Of a stretch of 64,000 bases of DNA, positions 37,856-64,000 are shown in pieces. The position numbers and the translations under genes are program-made. This DNA is from the human T2T-CHM13v2.0 reference genome, Homo sapiens. Location of the stretch: assembly GCF_009914755.1 (NCBI RefSeq), contig NC_060926.1; one strand, written 5' to 3'. The number at the start of each line of letters is the position of its first letter. Within the stretch, counting starts at the first letter, position 1. Under the pieces are notes generated by a model, which did not search any database, was not told the origin of the DNA, and saw nothing but the letters and a program-made list of their open reading frames with translations.

Positions 37856-39113
37856 TCAAAAGTAAATAAATAACAATAAGAAGCAAGTATAGAATACAAA
37901 AATGGCACAAAGCAAGGAAGTAAGGCAGGAAGGGTTTTATGTAGGTTGTGACTATATGATATGAATCTCAAAAGTTATATTTTACAGAGTAAAGAAGTAG
38001 GGAGCTGGAATAATTCTAGGCAGGAGGGATTCATTTTAGCAGTCAGTGAATTGTGATACTATAGTTGGGAAGTACAGTGATGTGCTGAAATGTAGGGCAT
38101 AGTCAGTGGCTAGTATGAGATGATGCTGAAGGAGAGATGGACAGGGGTCACTCCTTGGCCTTCTATGCCACCCCAAGGATTTGGGCCATGGGGAAGAAAA
38201 AGGGATCACATCGACACCAGCATCTTAGTAAGCAGCCTTTGGCTGCTGTGTAGAAGATTGCTTGGATCAGTTTAAGCCCATGGAGGCAGAGAGCTTTCTT
38301 ATTAGATTTTGTCATGATCCTCTAAAGTACCACGGAGTTGAATGTCAAGTTATATTAAGGAAGTGAAATCAATAGAATTTAGTCATGGAGTTGATATTTT
38401 GTGATGATAGAGGCTAAGAAAGTCTAGAATGACTCAACTAGTGCCACCAAAATAAGGAATACAGGAAGTGGACTAGGTAGGTTTCAAAGGGAAGATGATG
38501 AGATCAGTTTTTTATAGCTGAGTATAAACTGCCCCTGTGGATTACAGGTGGGTGTGCACAGTAAGCAGCTGCATAATTTAGTAGGATTCAACATCAAGAG
38601 TGAAGATACAGATTTTGACTCTGCAGCACTGAAAACCATTTGGATTAGATTACCTAGACAGAGGAGGGATGTCACTAAGGACAGAGCTTCAACATTTAGA
38701 AGTCAGGCTGGGTGTGGTGGCTCACGCCATTAATCCCAGCACTTTGGGAGGCCAAGACAGAAGGTTCATTGAGACCAGGAGTTCAAGAGCCGCCTAAGTA
38801 ACATAACAAGACCCTTTCTCTACAAAAAAAAAAAAAATTATGTTTTTAAAAATAAACATTTAAGAAGTTAAGGCAGAGGAACACTTGTGTCCCCACATTT
38901 ACATGTTCTTTTTACTTTTGGGGAGAAATGTACATCATTGATATTGGTGTTCTAATCTACACAAGTTATTTGAGGTTGGGTTAAATATTTTTCATTGTAA
39001 GTAACGAATTGCTTTTAGAGCAGGAACAGTCTGAAAAAACAGTGTTGGTAAAGGCATGGGAAAAGGCCTCCTCTGTGTGATGTCCCAAGGAGTGTAAATT
39101 AGTACATTCTTCC

Positions 39114-39741
<628 letters not shown>

Positions 39742-39743
39742 TA

Positions 39744-39887
<144 letters not shown>

Positions 39888-40223
39888 TCAACTGGACCTA
39901 GTTCTGTCTGATGTGCTTCCCAAAGACAGCTTAGCAATGTTTTGTCAAGTGTAACGTGTGCACGTCCTTTATTCTGGCATCCCACCTCAGGGAATTTACC
40001 CTAAGGAAATAATTACACAAATAGGGAGTGGAGAAGAGTAAAATAAAAGTCCTTCAAAGAAAATTGGTTAAGTAAATTAAAATTATGTAAAAAGGAACAC
40101 TGTGAAGCCACTAAAAATAATGATGCTATATTTAGACATCACATGAATAGATGTCTGTGACACTAAAGTATAAGAAGAGATTATAGACAAGCATGTTTAG
40201 AATTATCCCATTCATGTAAAATG

Positions 40224-40225
<2 letters not shown>

Positions 40226-40257
<32 letters not shown>
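40226..40257. repeat. (CA)n microsatellite
   Basis: An uninterrupted AC dinucleotide run of about 15 units. Confidence 0.9.
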
Positions 40258-40259
<2 letters not shown>

Positions 40260-40301
40260 TTAATCTGTATAAGTATATAGATGCTGAGAAATACTTGGTA
40301 G

Positions 40302-40714
<413 letters not shown>

Positions 40715-40856
40715 TTAATCATAGCATGTAGCTTCAGTGCCTCCAGCAGCCACCCTGAGCTCTAGGACAGGGGACACTGGCCCAGGGGAGCTGACAAGAG
40801 CAGTGAGACCAGGAGCTTGCTTTAAAATCACAGCCCAGGCTGGGCGCAGTGGCTCA

Positions 40857-42478
<1,622 letters not shown>

Positions 42479-43747
42479 GAAGTCAGCAAGTGGAAACAAG
42501 GAAAGATCTAGATTATATGACTTGTCAAGTGATTGCAAGTGATTTTGCTCAATTCCAATTTAGCTTAAACACAAAGGACCCTGGAATGCTTTGGCCATTT
42601 GAGCCTGAGAATGAAACCTCATAAATATTGACACGAAAGCTCTCGCCAAGTTTTGCACTGTGGTCATGGCTATAACTTAGTGAAAAAAAAATTTTGCATG
42701 AAATGTTTTATTTAAACTTTTTTTCAAGAAAATGTTTTTTTCTCCCTAACAGAACATTTCATAAGTTATTTTAATTACTGTATCTAATTTTTTTTAGGCA
42801 TTGCTTTATTTTAAATTGTATGTTTGAAAATTTATAACTATCATAACCAGACTGCAGGCCAAACAACTTCAGGTTTGGTGGAGAAGGACATTCCCTTGAA
42901 TTTTCTCCTCTTCTTTTCCCTCTAGTTTCTGCTTTTCTCCCTTAAATCCTCTTCATTCCTTGCCTTAGGGGAGTTTCCCAAGACAACACCTTGAGATGCA
43001 AGAGTTTAGGAGTTTTAAATTTCAAAAGCCCAAACATTGGGTAGAGGCTTAAAGTTTAAGACACAGATAATAGAATGGTTAGAATATGCAGAGTCCATCT
43101 CTGTATTCTCTAATCAAGCAAACATCTCAGATTGCAAGAGGGAGAAGATATTCTCAGAGAATGAGGTTAGATACTGCTGTTTCCCATGAGGCATCCTCAG
43201 CTTTCAATCAAGTTGGGGAGTGAAAGTCAGTAAACCAGTGGCTGAGCAAACCTCCGCCCCGACCTTTCTCACAGGGCCACAGATGAATGGGAGAGCCAGC
43301 CGAGAAATCTAAAGTGCCTCGCATCCCCAGCAGTTTGCTAAAGGAGGTAGTGGCTGGACAGGTTAAGACACCCTCCCAGCCCCCCAGCCTCCTGCAGTAC
43401 TCAGGGAACCATTAGGCACCTTATTCTGCAGCCACCAGTGGGGCAGTGTTGCCAAGAGGGTACCAGGAGGAGAATCCTGCAGCCTTGAGCTGTGCAACTG
43501 ATAACGAACTACAGATGGGATGGACGCCATCTTACCTGATGCTGGCCAGTAGATCATGACATGGAGAACTCCCCGCTATTCCTGAGAAACTTGGACTTTG
43601 ACTCAACAGAGAGGTGAGGGAGGTGCCAACGTGACCAATATTTGGTTTTAGGAAACATTTTCTCGGGTTGGGATGGAGAGAGATGTTTTTCCCTGTTTAC
43701 TGTGTTCATTTTGCCATGTGCATGTATTGCCTATTTGAAAAGAAAAC

Positions 43748-46215
<2,468 letters not shown>

Positions 46216-46802
46216 AGAGAGAAATATGTTTACTTGTTTTATGTATTGTCTACCTCCCTTTTCTCTCCCTCATCAAAGAATGGAATCCCCATGGGAGTCG
46301 GGGGTTTTGTCTGTTTTGCCTAAAACAATGCCCTCTGTGTTTGTGGAATGAATGAAATACTATGATTGCTCAAGCACACCATTCGAACTCCTATCAAATT
46401 TAAGTACAAAACCCATCTAATTCCAAACATAAATAATTTGTGGATTGGCATCATATGGATTATGAACACCACTCATTCTCTACATTATCATGGCCAATGA
46501 AAAGTTAAGGCTTTCTGTCATTCCTATAAGGTCACATGTTTAACAGGTTTAACAGGTTTATAGACTGTAGGACCAAATAGACCTGGATTCAGGTCCCACT
46601 GAGCAGTGAATGGTTGAGGGCAAGTTCTTCTAAACTTCCTTGCATCTTGCTTTATTCATCTTTATTCATCCCAGCACCACAATCCTAATTAACCTCTTAG
46701 GGTTGTTGTAAAGATTAAATGGGATTCAGTCCAAAGCACTCTGTACATGTCACATGTTAGCCACTCAGTAAAATCTATTCTTACAATTATCATTTTGGGA
46801 GC

Positions 46803-47740
46803 TGTATTAGTTTTCTCAGGCTGCCATAACAAACTGCCATAGACTCGATGACTTAAACAATAGAAATGTATTTTCTCAGAGTTCTGGAAACCGGAAGTCC
46901 AAGATTAAGGTGTTGGCAGGTTTGGCTTCTGCCGAGGCCTCTCTCCTTGGCTTTCAGATGGCTGACTTCTTGCTGTGTCCTGCCATGGTCTTTTCTCTGG
47001 GCATACACATTGTCGGGGCAAAGGGAACTTTCCCATCACCCTCTGAAGGTTCCGTAATTTGAGTCTATGAAATGAACTGACTGTAAACAGATTAACAATA
47101 GAAAAGGGGCATCACAAGAAAGAAAATATCCGCAAAGCAGTGAGATTTAGAAGCTTATATGCTCTCATCACAGGGTAGAGGGAAGGAGGGATGCAGATAG
47201 CTTAGGGGAGCATAAATGATTTGAGGGAGAGAAAGAATGGGCCAGAAGAACAGGTGACAACTCGTGACAAAGTCTGTCCGGATATTTGATGTTAACCTTT
47301 GGTCTTCTTTCCTGTGGTAAGTCAGTCTCCCTACATGATGGGATTCTTGTGGAGGGGGATGCAGGACAATTGAGTTCTTTCTGAAGGATCTCAAGGCAGA
47401 TAAGGGAAATTCAGAGAATGCCTCTCACTGCACTTTGGGAGAGAAAAAGGGACAAGAGACAGAAGGCCAGGAAAAGGTCAAAGAGACTAGTTCTCCTTTA
47501 GTTCAAAGCACTCAGCGCCAAACCTCATGAGGTGGGGTATTGTTTTCTAAGCCCCAACAACACCCCTGGGGTCTCTTCCCCTTATTCTAAGAACCCCAGT
47601 CCTATTGAATTAGGATTATACCCATATGACTTTATTTAATCTTGATATCCTTCTTACAAGTCTTATCTCCAAATACCATCACACTGGGGGTTAGGACTTC
47701 AAAGTATGTATTTGGGAGGGACACAGTTCAGTTCCTAACA
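46803..47740 (-). mobile_element. MLT1A-like LTR split by a nested ERV1 LTR
   Basis: TGTATTAGTTTTCTCAGGCTGCCATAACAAA… (46803-47010) resumes at 47560-47740 and ends …GGACACAGTTCAGTTCCTAACA. Confidence 0.78.
47011..47559 (-). mobile_element. ERV1 solo LTR (MER34/MER39-like) nested in MLT1A
   Basis: TG…CA termini; the minus-strand start is TGTTGGGGCTTAGAAAACAATACCCCA. Flanked by a 4-bp near-duplication (ACAT/ACAC). Confidence 0.7.
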
Positions 47741-48066
47741 GGAGTGGAGGAAGATTTCAGAAAACTATATCCAATTTTGTTATGTTTAATAATTTTAGAA
47801 TATTTAATTCCAAGAAACACAAGTGCTTTAGTGGATATTCTTTTCACTAGCAGATAGGCACTGAAAAGGGCATAGATGCAGGCATCCCGCAGCAGGAAGA
47901 AAGGAAACCACACAGTAAAGAGGGAAATGTTACATATGCAGAGAGACTGAAGGAGGCACAGAAATCAAACTATGAAGTAGGCCGGGCACGGTGGCTCATG
48001 CCTGTAATCCCAGCACTTTGGGAGGCCAAGGCGGGCAAATAGCCTGAGGTCGGTAGTTTGAGACTA

Positions 48067-48377
<311 letters not shown>

Positions 48378-48744
48378 TCACTGTTGAGAGAAAGGGACGA
48401 GAGAGAGAAAAATTGTGTCTCTGATAGCAAATGTTTGTCTGATCCAAAGTTAACTGTCAGCTTCTCAACCAGCTGGACCTGGCATTTCCCTCATTCCCCG
48501 CCAGGAGATTAGACACTAACAGAGTTCCTTCTAGCTGTGCCCTCAAGAAACTTGGGCAAAATTTTTAAAATAAATTTTTTACTACTAGATTACAGTTTTG
48601 TACCAGAAGTAGAAGTATAGACACCTTCAAGTTGTAAATAGTAACTTTTTGAAGAAGCAGCTTGTAGGCTTAGAGTCAGGTATATCCCAAGATGAATTTG
48701 GTACAGTGGAACCACAGACACTTGGGGGCTTTGTACCTTCTTAG

Positions 48745-49192
<448 letters not shown>

Positions 49193-50250
49193 TGATCTGC
49201 CCACCTTGGCCTCCCTAAGTGGTGGGATTACAGGCGCGAGCCACCGCACCCTGCCGAGGGCTCTGAATTTCTTTGAAAGTTTTAGCACACTTATCTGCAG
49301 ACACCTTGAGTGTTTTGGGGTCAGGCCTCTATAAAGTATGTGTTAGAATTGTTGGTGTGGCATTGACTCACCCCGTCCCTCTGCACTTGGGAGTGATGTC
49401 TCACGGTGTCCCGCTGCAAGAGTGGATCTGAGCTTCTTCCCATAAAGCTTAGGGAACTATGACTACATTCTCGCCCTGTATGTAAACAAATTCCAGTAAT
49501 AAGTTAATGGGAGAGGAAACTAAAAATGTTCCTGGTACTGTGCTAGGCATGTTTACATGTATCATTTCATTTCCATCCTCCCAAAACATTGTGACCAAGG
49601 CATTATTATCTCTTTGACACTGAAGAAACAGATGATGAAACTCACCCAAGGTCACCCAGTTAGTAAGTCCTTGGGCCGGAATGTCCCTCTAAGTCCAAAA
49701 CTGCTTGGATGCTCTCAAAGTCTCCTTTGTTCCTTCACACTGTAGAACACAGTGACATTCCATTCACTTAGGTTATCCATCTTGTAGCCTCCTATTGCTT
49801 ATATGACTTTTTTTTCTGAATCGTAAGTACCCATGTTAGATTTTGCCCTCATTTTCTTTTTTAAAATAATTTTTAATTTTTAATAAAAAGAGGTGGAATC
49901 TTGCTATTTTGCCCAGGCTGGTCTTGAACACCTGGCCTCAAGTGATCTTCCCATGTTGGTCTCCCAAAGTGCTGGGATTACAGGTGTGAGCCACTGAGCA
50001 TGGCCTCCCTCATTTTCTTTTGGAAAGATTTTGACCATTGGTATTTATACTTTACTTACGTATCCTCCTTCCCTTGTGCAAAATCTTGTGCAAGTTTTGC
50101 TTTCAGAAAACCTGCCTAATGTGAGATTGTGTCTGAGGTGTAAACATCCAAGTTTTTATGCATGGTGAGGAGAAAATGACAGCAATCATGAATTCTCCAG
50201 TTTGCTTTATTGTAATAGAACATTTTTCTATAAAGAATATTGCCAAAGTA

Positions 50251-54425
<4,175 letters not shown>

Positions 54426-54429
54426 TATC

Positions 54430-56015
54430 CTTTGTGTTTCTTATGTGTGGCACTGTTGTCTGTAGTATGTAATCCTATGAATGGAATTGCTGAGTCACAG
54501 GATGAAAGCATCCATAATTTTATTAGATTATGCCAAATTTCCCTCCATACATTTTGTACCACAGTGGTGAGTTCCTGTTTCCCCAGATCCTTACAAATGG
54601 AGTGTGTTTTTATTCTTTTGGATTTTGCTAGTCTGGATGGATGAGAAATAATATTTCAGTATGATTTTAATATGCTTTACTATTATGAGTAAAATTGAGC
54701 ATCTTTTTATATGTCTATGAGACTTGTGAATTTTTTTTTTCCCTGTGAACTATTTGTTGATATTTTTCTCTCTTTATACAAACTCTTTAGGGAGATTGCC
54801 TGTTTGTCTGTAATGTTAATTGCAAATGTTTTTCAGTTTATCATTATTTTATTTTTTACTTTGTTTTGATGGTTTTTGTTTTCAAATCACATTTGAGATA
54901 TGCTTTTAATACAGTAAAAATCACTCTTTTCAGGTGGCATGAATTTAAAAAAATGTATAACCGCCATCATTATCAAGATACAGACTATTTCCATCAACCT
55001 GAAATTGTCCTCATACCTCTTTGTGGTCAGTTTCCTCTTCCATCCCTAATTCTTTGGTATCATTGATCTGATTTCTGTTTTTTCTTTGTTAACATGCCGT
55101 AAATGGAATGTTATGTATGGAACATAGCATTTTCTGTCTGGCTTCTTTCACTTATCTTAATGCTTTGAGATTCAACTGTTATTGCATGTATCAGTATTTC
55201 TTTTTGTTTCTTTGTTTTTGAGACGGAGTCTCGCTCTGTCACCCAGGCTGAAGTGCAGTTGGTGCGATCTCGGCTTACCACAGCCTCCACCTCCCGGGTT
55301 CAAGTGATTATCCTGCCTCAGCCTCCTGAGTAGCTGGGACTACAGGCACCTGCCACCACGCCCGATTATTTTTTGTATTTTTAGTAGAGACAGGGTTTCA
55401 CTGTGTTGGCCAGGCTGGTCTCGAACTCCTGACCTCGTGATCCTTCCGCCTCGGCCTCCCAAAGTACTGGGATTACAGGCGTGAGCCACCGCGCCCGGTG
55501 CGTGTATCAGTATTTCTTTTTATTGTTGAGTAACATTTTGTCATATGGATGTACTTACCCGTTTACCAGTTGATGTTTGTTTTGGTTATTTCCAGTTTGG
55601 AGCTACGATGAACTAAGCTGCTTTAAACATTTCTACTATAAAGGTCTTTGGAGATTTTTCCATGGAATAAGTTTTTATGTTTATTTAGTAGAGTTTATCA
55701 GTCTTTCTTTGATTGTTTCTGGATTTTGAGACACAGTTTGAAATATGTTAAAGGAATTCACCATTTTTTTCCATCTAGGACTTATATGGTCTGATTTTTT
55801 AATACGCAGACCCTTTCTTTCTTCCTTCCTTTTTTTTTTTTTTTTTGTAGAGATGAGGGTCTTACTATGTTGCCCAGGCTCGTCTCAAACACCTGGGCCC
55901 AAGTTCCCACTTCAGCCTCCCAAAGTGTTGGGGTTACAGGCTGAGCCACTGCACCTCGCCTATATGCTGATCTTTGATCTACTTGCACTTTTTCCTGGCG
56001 TGAGGCATGAATGAA
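54430..56015 (-). mobile_element. Old L1M fragments interrupted by Alus; continues at ~58773-58840 after the L1PA
   Basis: Degenerate L1 3' ORF2/3'UTR motifs (e.g. GGAATTGCTGAGTCA…; GAGCATCTTTTTATATG). The sequence reads continuously across the L1PA insertion. Confidence 0.6.
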
Positions 56016-56019
56016 TTTT

Positions 56020-58796
<2,777 letters not shown>

Positions 58797-59147
58797 CTAA
58801 ATCATTTATTCCTAAATCAATATTTTTAATCTGATTTGAGAAGTTCTATTTTATAATTATTTATATTTAATTAGTATTAAATATTATAATATTCAATTAA
58901 AGTTATGAATTAAAAATGTATTTTCCCTTAAACTTTCAACACACAACTTACAAACCTAGTAAATTCAATTATAAATCAAATAATTTTGTGTTAAAACTTA
59001 AAACTCTTATTTTCATTGTACTTTGATTGTTTAATTATACATTTGACAAATTAAAATCTCAAACATTTATGCACTGTTCACAAACTTAAACTGTCTTAAA
59101 CATATAAAGACACAAAACTTATATATCTAGCAAATTTAATTCTCTGA

Positions 59148-59540
<393 letters not shown>

Positions 59541-60389
59541 TGACTCCCAGGTTCAAGTGATTCTTATGCCTCAGCCTCCCGAGTAGCTGAGATTACAGGC
59601 GTGCACCACCACATCTGGCTAATTTTTGTGTTTTTAGTAGAGACGGGGTTTCACCATGTTGGCCAGGCTGGTCTCAAACTCCAGACCTCAAGTGGGATCC
59701 AGCCACCTTGGCCTCTTAAAGGCATGAGCCACCACACCAGGCTCAAATTATCTTAAATTTATATACCCCTTATAAACTTGAGTAAATTCTGTTAAGCATT
59801 TCAGTCTATAATCATGAATTGAATATATTTAATTTTCTCAAGCATTACCAAAATCTAAAGACGCATAATTAGAATTCTACCAAGATCAAACAAAGTTGTT
59901 TTTTTTTTCTTTTTTGAGACAGGGTCACCCTCTGTTGCCCAGGCTGGAGTGCAGTGGCACAATCAACAGCTCACTGTAACCTTGACTTCCCAGGCTCAAG
60001 CAAGCCTCCCACCTCAGCCTCCCTAGTAGCTGGGACTACAGCTGGAGGCCACCACACTCACAAATTAAAAAAAAAAAAAAAAAATTCAGGCCAGGCACGG
60101 TGGCTCACGCCTGTAATCCCAGCACTCTGGGAGGCTGAGGCGGGTGGATCACGAGGCCAGGAGATTGAGACCATCCTGGCTAACGCGGTGAAACCCTGTC
60201 TCTACTAAAAATACAAAAAATTAGCCGGGCGTGGTGGCACATGCCTGTAGTCCCAGCTACTCAGTAGGCTGAGACAGGAGAATCACTTGAACCCAGGAGG
60301 CGGAGGTTGCAGTGAGCCAAGATCACGCCACCACACTCCAGTCTGGGTGACAGAGACTCTGTCTCAGAAAAATAAAAAATAAAAATAAA

Positions 60390-61090
<701 letters not shown>

Positions 61091-61874
61091 GAAACCTGAG
61101 CATCAAGGTAGCAGTTTGGAAGAAAATCCAGAAGCTAGAGAAGAGTGCACTTTTAACCTAGGCTGTAAATAGTTATGGGAGGGCATAGTGTGAGCCTGAC
61201 ATGTTTACAGCATCCTCAGAGTTGAAATCAAAAGGAAGCCATCTCTATGTAATTGCAGCACCAGCTTAAGAGCCCAGCACCTCATTACTGTTATCACCAA
61301 TGTTCTTGATGTCACAGAGGACAATATTCCGTGTGAAACACTGCAGACATTCATTTAGGATGTGATTCAGAACACTCAGATCCTGAAGATAGATAACTTT
61401 TAGGAGAACTTTCGTCTGTGTATTCCACTTATATTTTCCTTTTTTAGATATATTCACGGGTAACATAGATTTGTCATATTAAAATTAATATAATGTTACT
61501 ATAACTTATAAAATGAGTTAATTAGTATAATTACTAACAATAATGTTCTAAAATACATGCCTAATGACGAATTAAAGAGCTCTTTCAGTAACTCTGAAAT
61601 AAGTGATGAAAACCATTGTCTTAATTTCCTGGCTCCCCTCATAGTCCAAAATGGCTGTAGCAATTCCAGCAATTGCATCAACACACAAAAATTGTCAGTT
61701 CCTCAAAAGGAGCTGTGTTTTCTTGTGTCTCTTTTTACAAGTGATAAAATCATGGCCAGGTGAGGCGGCTCACGCCTCTAATCTCAGCACTTTGGTAGGC
61801 CGAGGCGGGCAGATCACCTGAGGTCAGGAGTTTGAGACCAGCCTGGCCAACATGGTAAAACCCCGTCTCTACTA

Positions 61875-62141
<267 letters not shown>

Positions 62142-62643
62142 CTATGCCCATACCAATTGCTGGCAGGGGGAAAAAAAAATCTACCCAGAAATGACTTAAA
62201 CCGATCAGGCTTGCCTCCTAGAGCTACTGATGAGGCCTATACTCTGAGCACAAGCTATGTGAGAGGATACTGGAGAAATGGAAGGGCAGGTGGGCAATTG
62301 AATTCTCTGTGGCAAACAGCATCTGCCACAGATTCCCAATCACATCCACTCTGTTTGAAGATAATTAATTTAACTTTTTTTTTTTCTTGAGATAAGGTCT
62401 CATTTTTTCACCCATGCTAGAGTGCAGTGGTACAATCATGGCTCACCACGGCCTCAACCTCCTGGGCTCAAGTGATCCTCCCACCTCAGCACAGACACGC
62501 ACCACCAACCCCAACTAATTTTTTTTGTTTTTAATTTTTTGTAGAGACAGGGCCTCACTGTGTTGACTAGGCTTGTTTTGAACTCCTGGGCCCAAGTGAT
62601 CCTCCTGCCTTGGCCTCCCAAAGTGCTGGGATTGCAGACATGA

Positions 62644-62898
<255 letters not shown>

Positions 62899-63452
62899 TG
62901 AACTCCTGACCTCAGGTGATCTGCCCGCCTTGGCCTCCCAAAGTGCTGGGATTACAGGCATGAGCCACCGTGCCCGGCCTACCAAGTATGCAATTTTTAA
63001 CAATTACTAGTAATTAGGAAAATCAAATACCAGGTCCGACTGAAAGCTGAAATAATTATCTTTGAAGATTATGATTAGGAAAATAGATCTCGATGAAGTA
63101 TAGCTATGATTGAATACTATTAGACAGCTGATGAAAAAAATATGGTTCTGACCTCCTGGCTTTTGGGGCTGAATTTATCACTATAAATATGAAGGACTGA
63201 CCAGTAAGTGACCAGCAAGTGAACAGAGGGAGAGAGGAGGAGGGAAGACCTGCCCCTATGGAGCATACTCTGTGTCTGGCATCGGGCAGGGCACTTTGGA
63301 TATTCTCTCATGTCATCCCACCGACATTCAGTGGGATGAGTATCATCCCACTGCCTCAGCCTCCCAAAGTGGTTGCAGGTGTGAGCCACCACGCCCAGCT
63401 CAATTCTGATTTTTTTACTGTCATAATTCAGCTATGACAACCATCCTCATTA

Positions 63453-63776
<324 letters not shown>

Positions 63777-64000
63777 TCAATAAATTCGTTAAAAATTCTT
63801 CCAAGTTGGATGTCTTGGTCAAAGGGTATGGATACCTGAAAGGCTTATGATAGCTATTGCCAAACCAGTTGACACTCCTCTCAACGATTTTTTTAAAGGG
63901 CTTCCATTTTTCCCTGTCCTCACCAATACAGGGTTTTATCACTTAAAAAAATCACCAATTTGAGAAAAAATAAGTGTTAGAAAATATCTTATTATTGTGT

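Noticed and set aside
43431-43448. CCACCAGTGGGGCAG as a CTCF site
   Set aside because: The spacing is off by one base relative to the core consensus.

Overview
Primate, almost certainly human, genomic DNA that is extremely Alu-dense and mostly intronic. The core is a CpG island (~11.8-13.7 kb) acting as a bidirectional promoter. On the + strand it carries coding exon 1 of FBXO36 (MASWLPETLFETVGQGPPPSKDYYQLLVTRSQ), which ends at a non-canonical GC splice donor. On the - strand it carries a non-coding first exon that I assign to TRIP12 from the recalled head-to-head arrangement. Bases 1-12.5 kb are then TRIP12 intron 1 and 13.3-64 kb are FBXO36 intron 1; I did not find FBXO36 exon 2. The rest is dozens of Alus, a 5'-truncated L1PA inside an older L1M, MaLR/ERV LTRs, MIR/L2 relics and a tailless U6 retropseudogene. 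Nearly all ORFs in the track are Alu or L1 artefacts. The most unusual structure is a five-unit tandem array of identically rearranged, CpG-retaining Alu units at 28.67-29.93 kb, with YY1-like and CCAAT motifs and downstream splice donors; it is a candidate repeat-derived intragenic promoter (inference only). Repeat boundaries and subfamily names are by eye and approximate.
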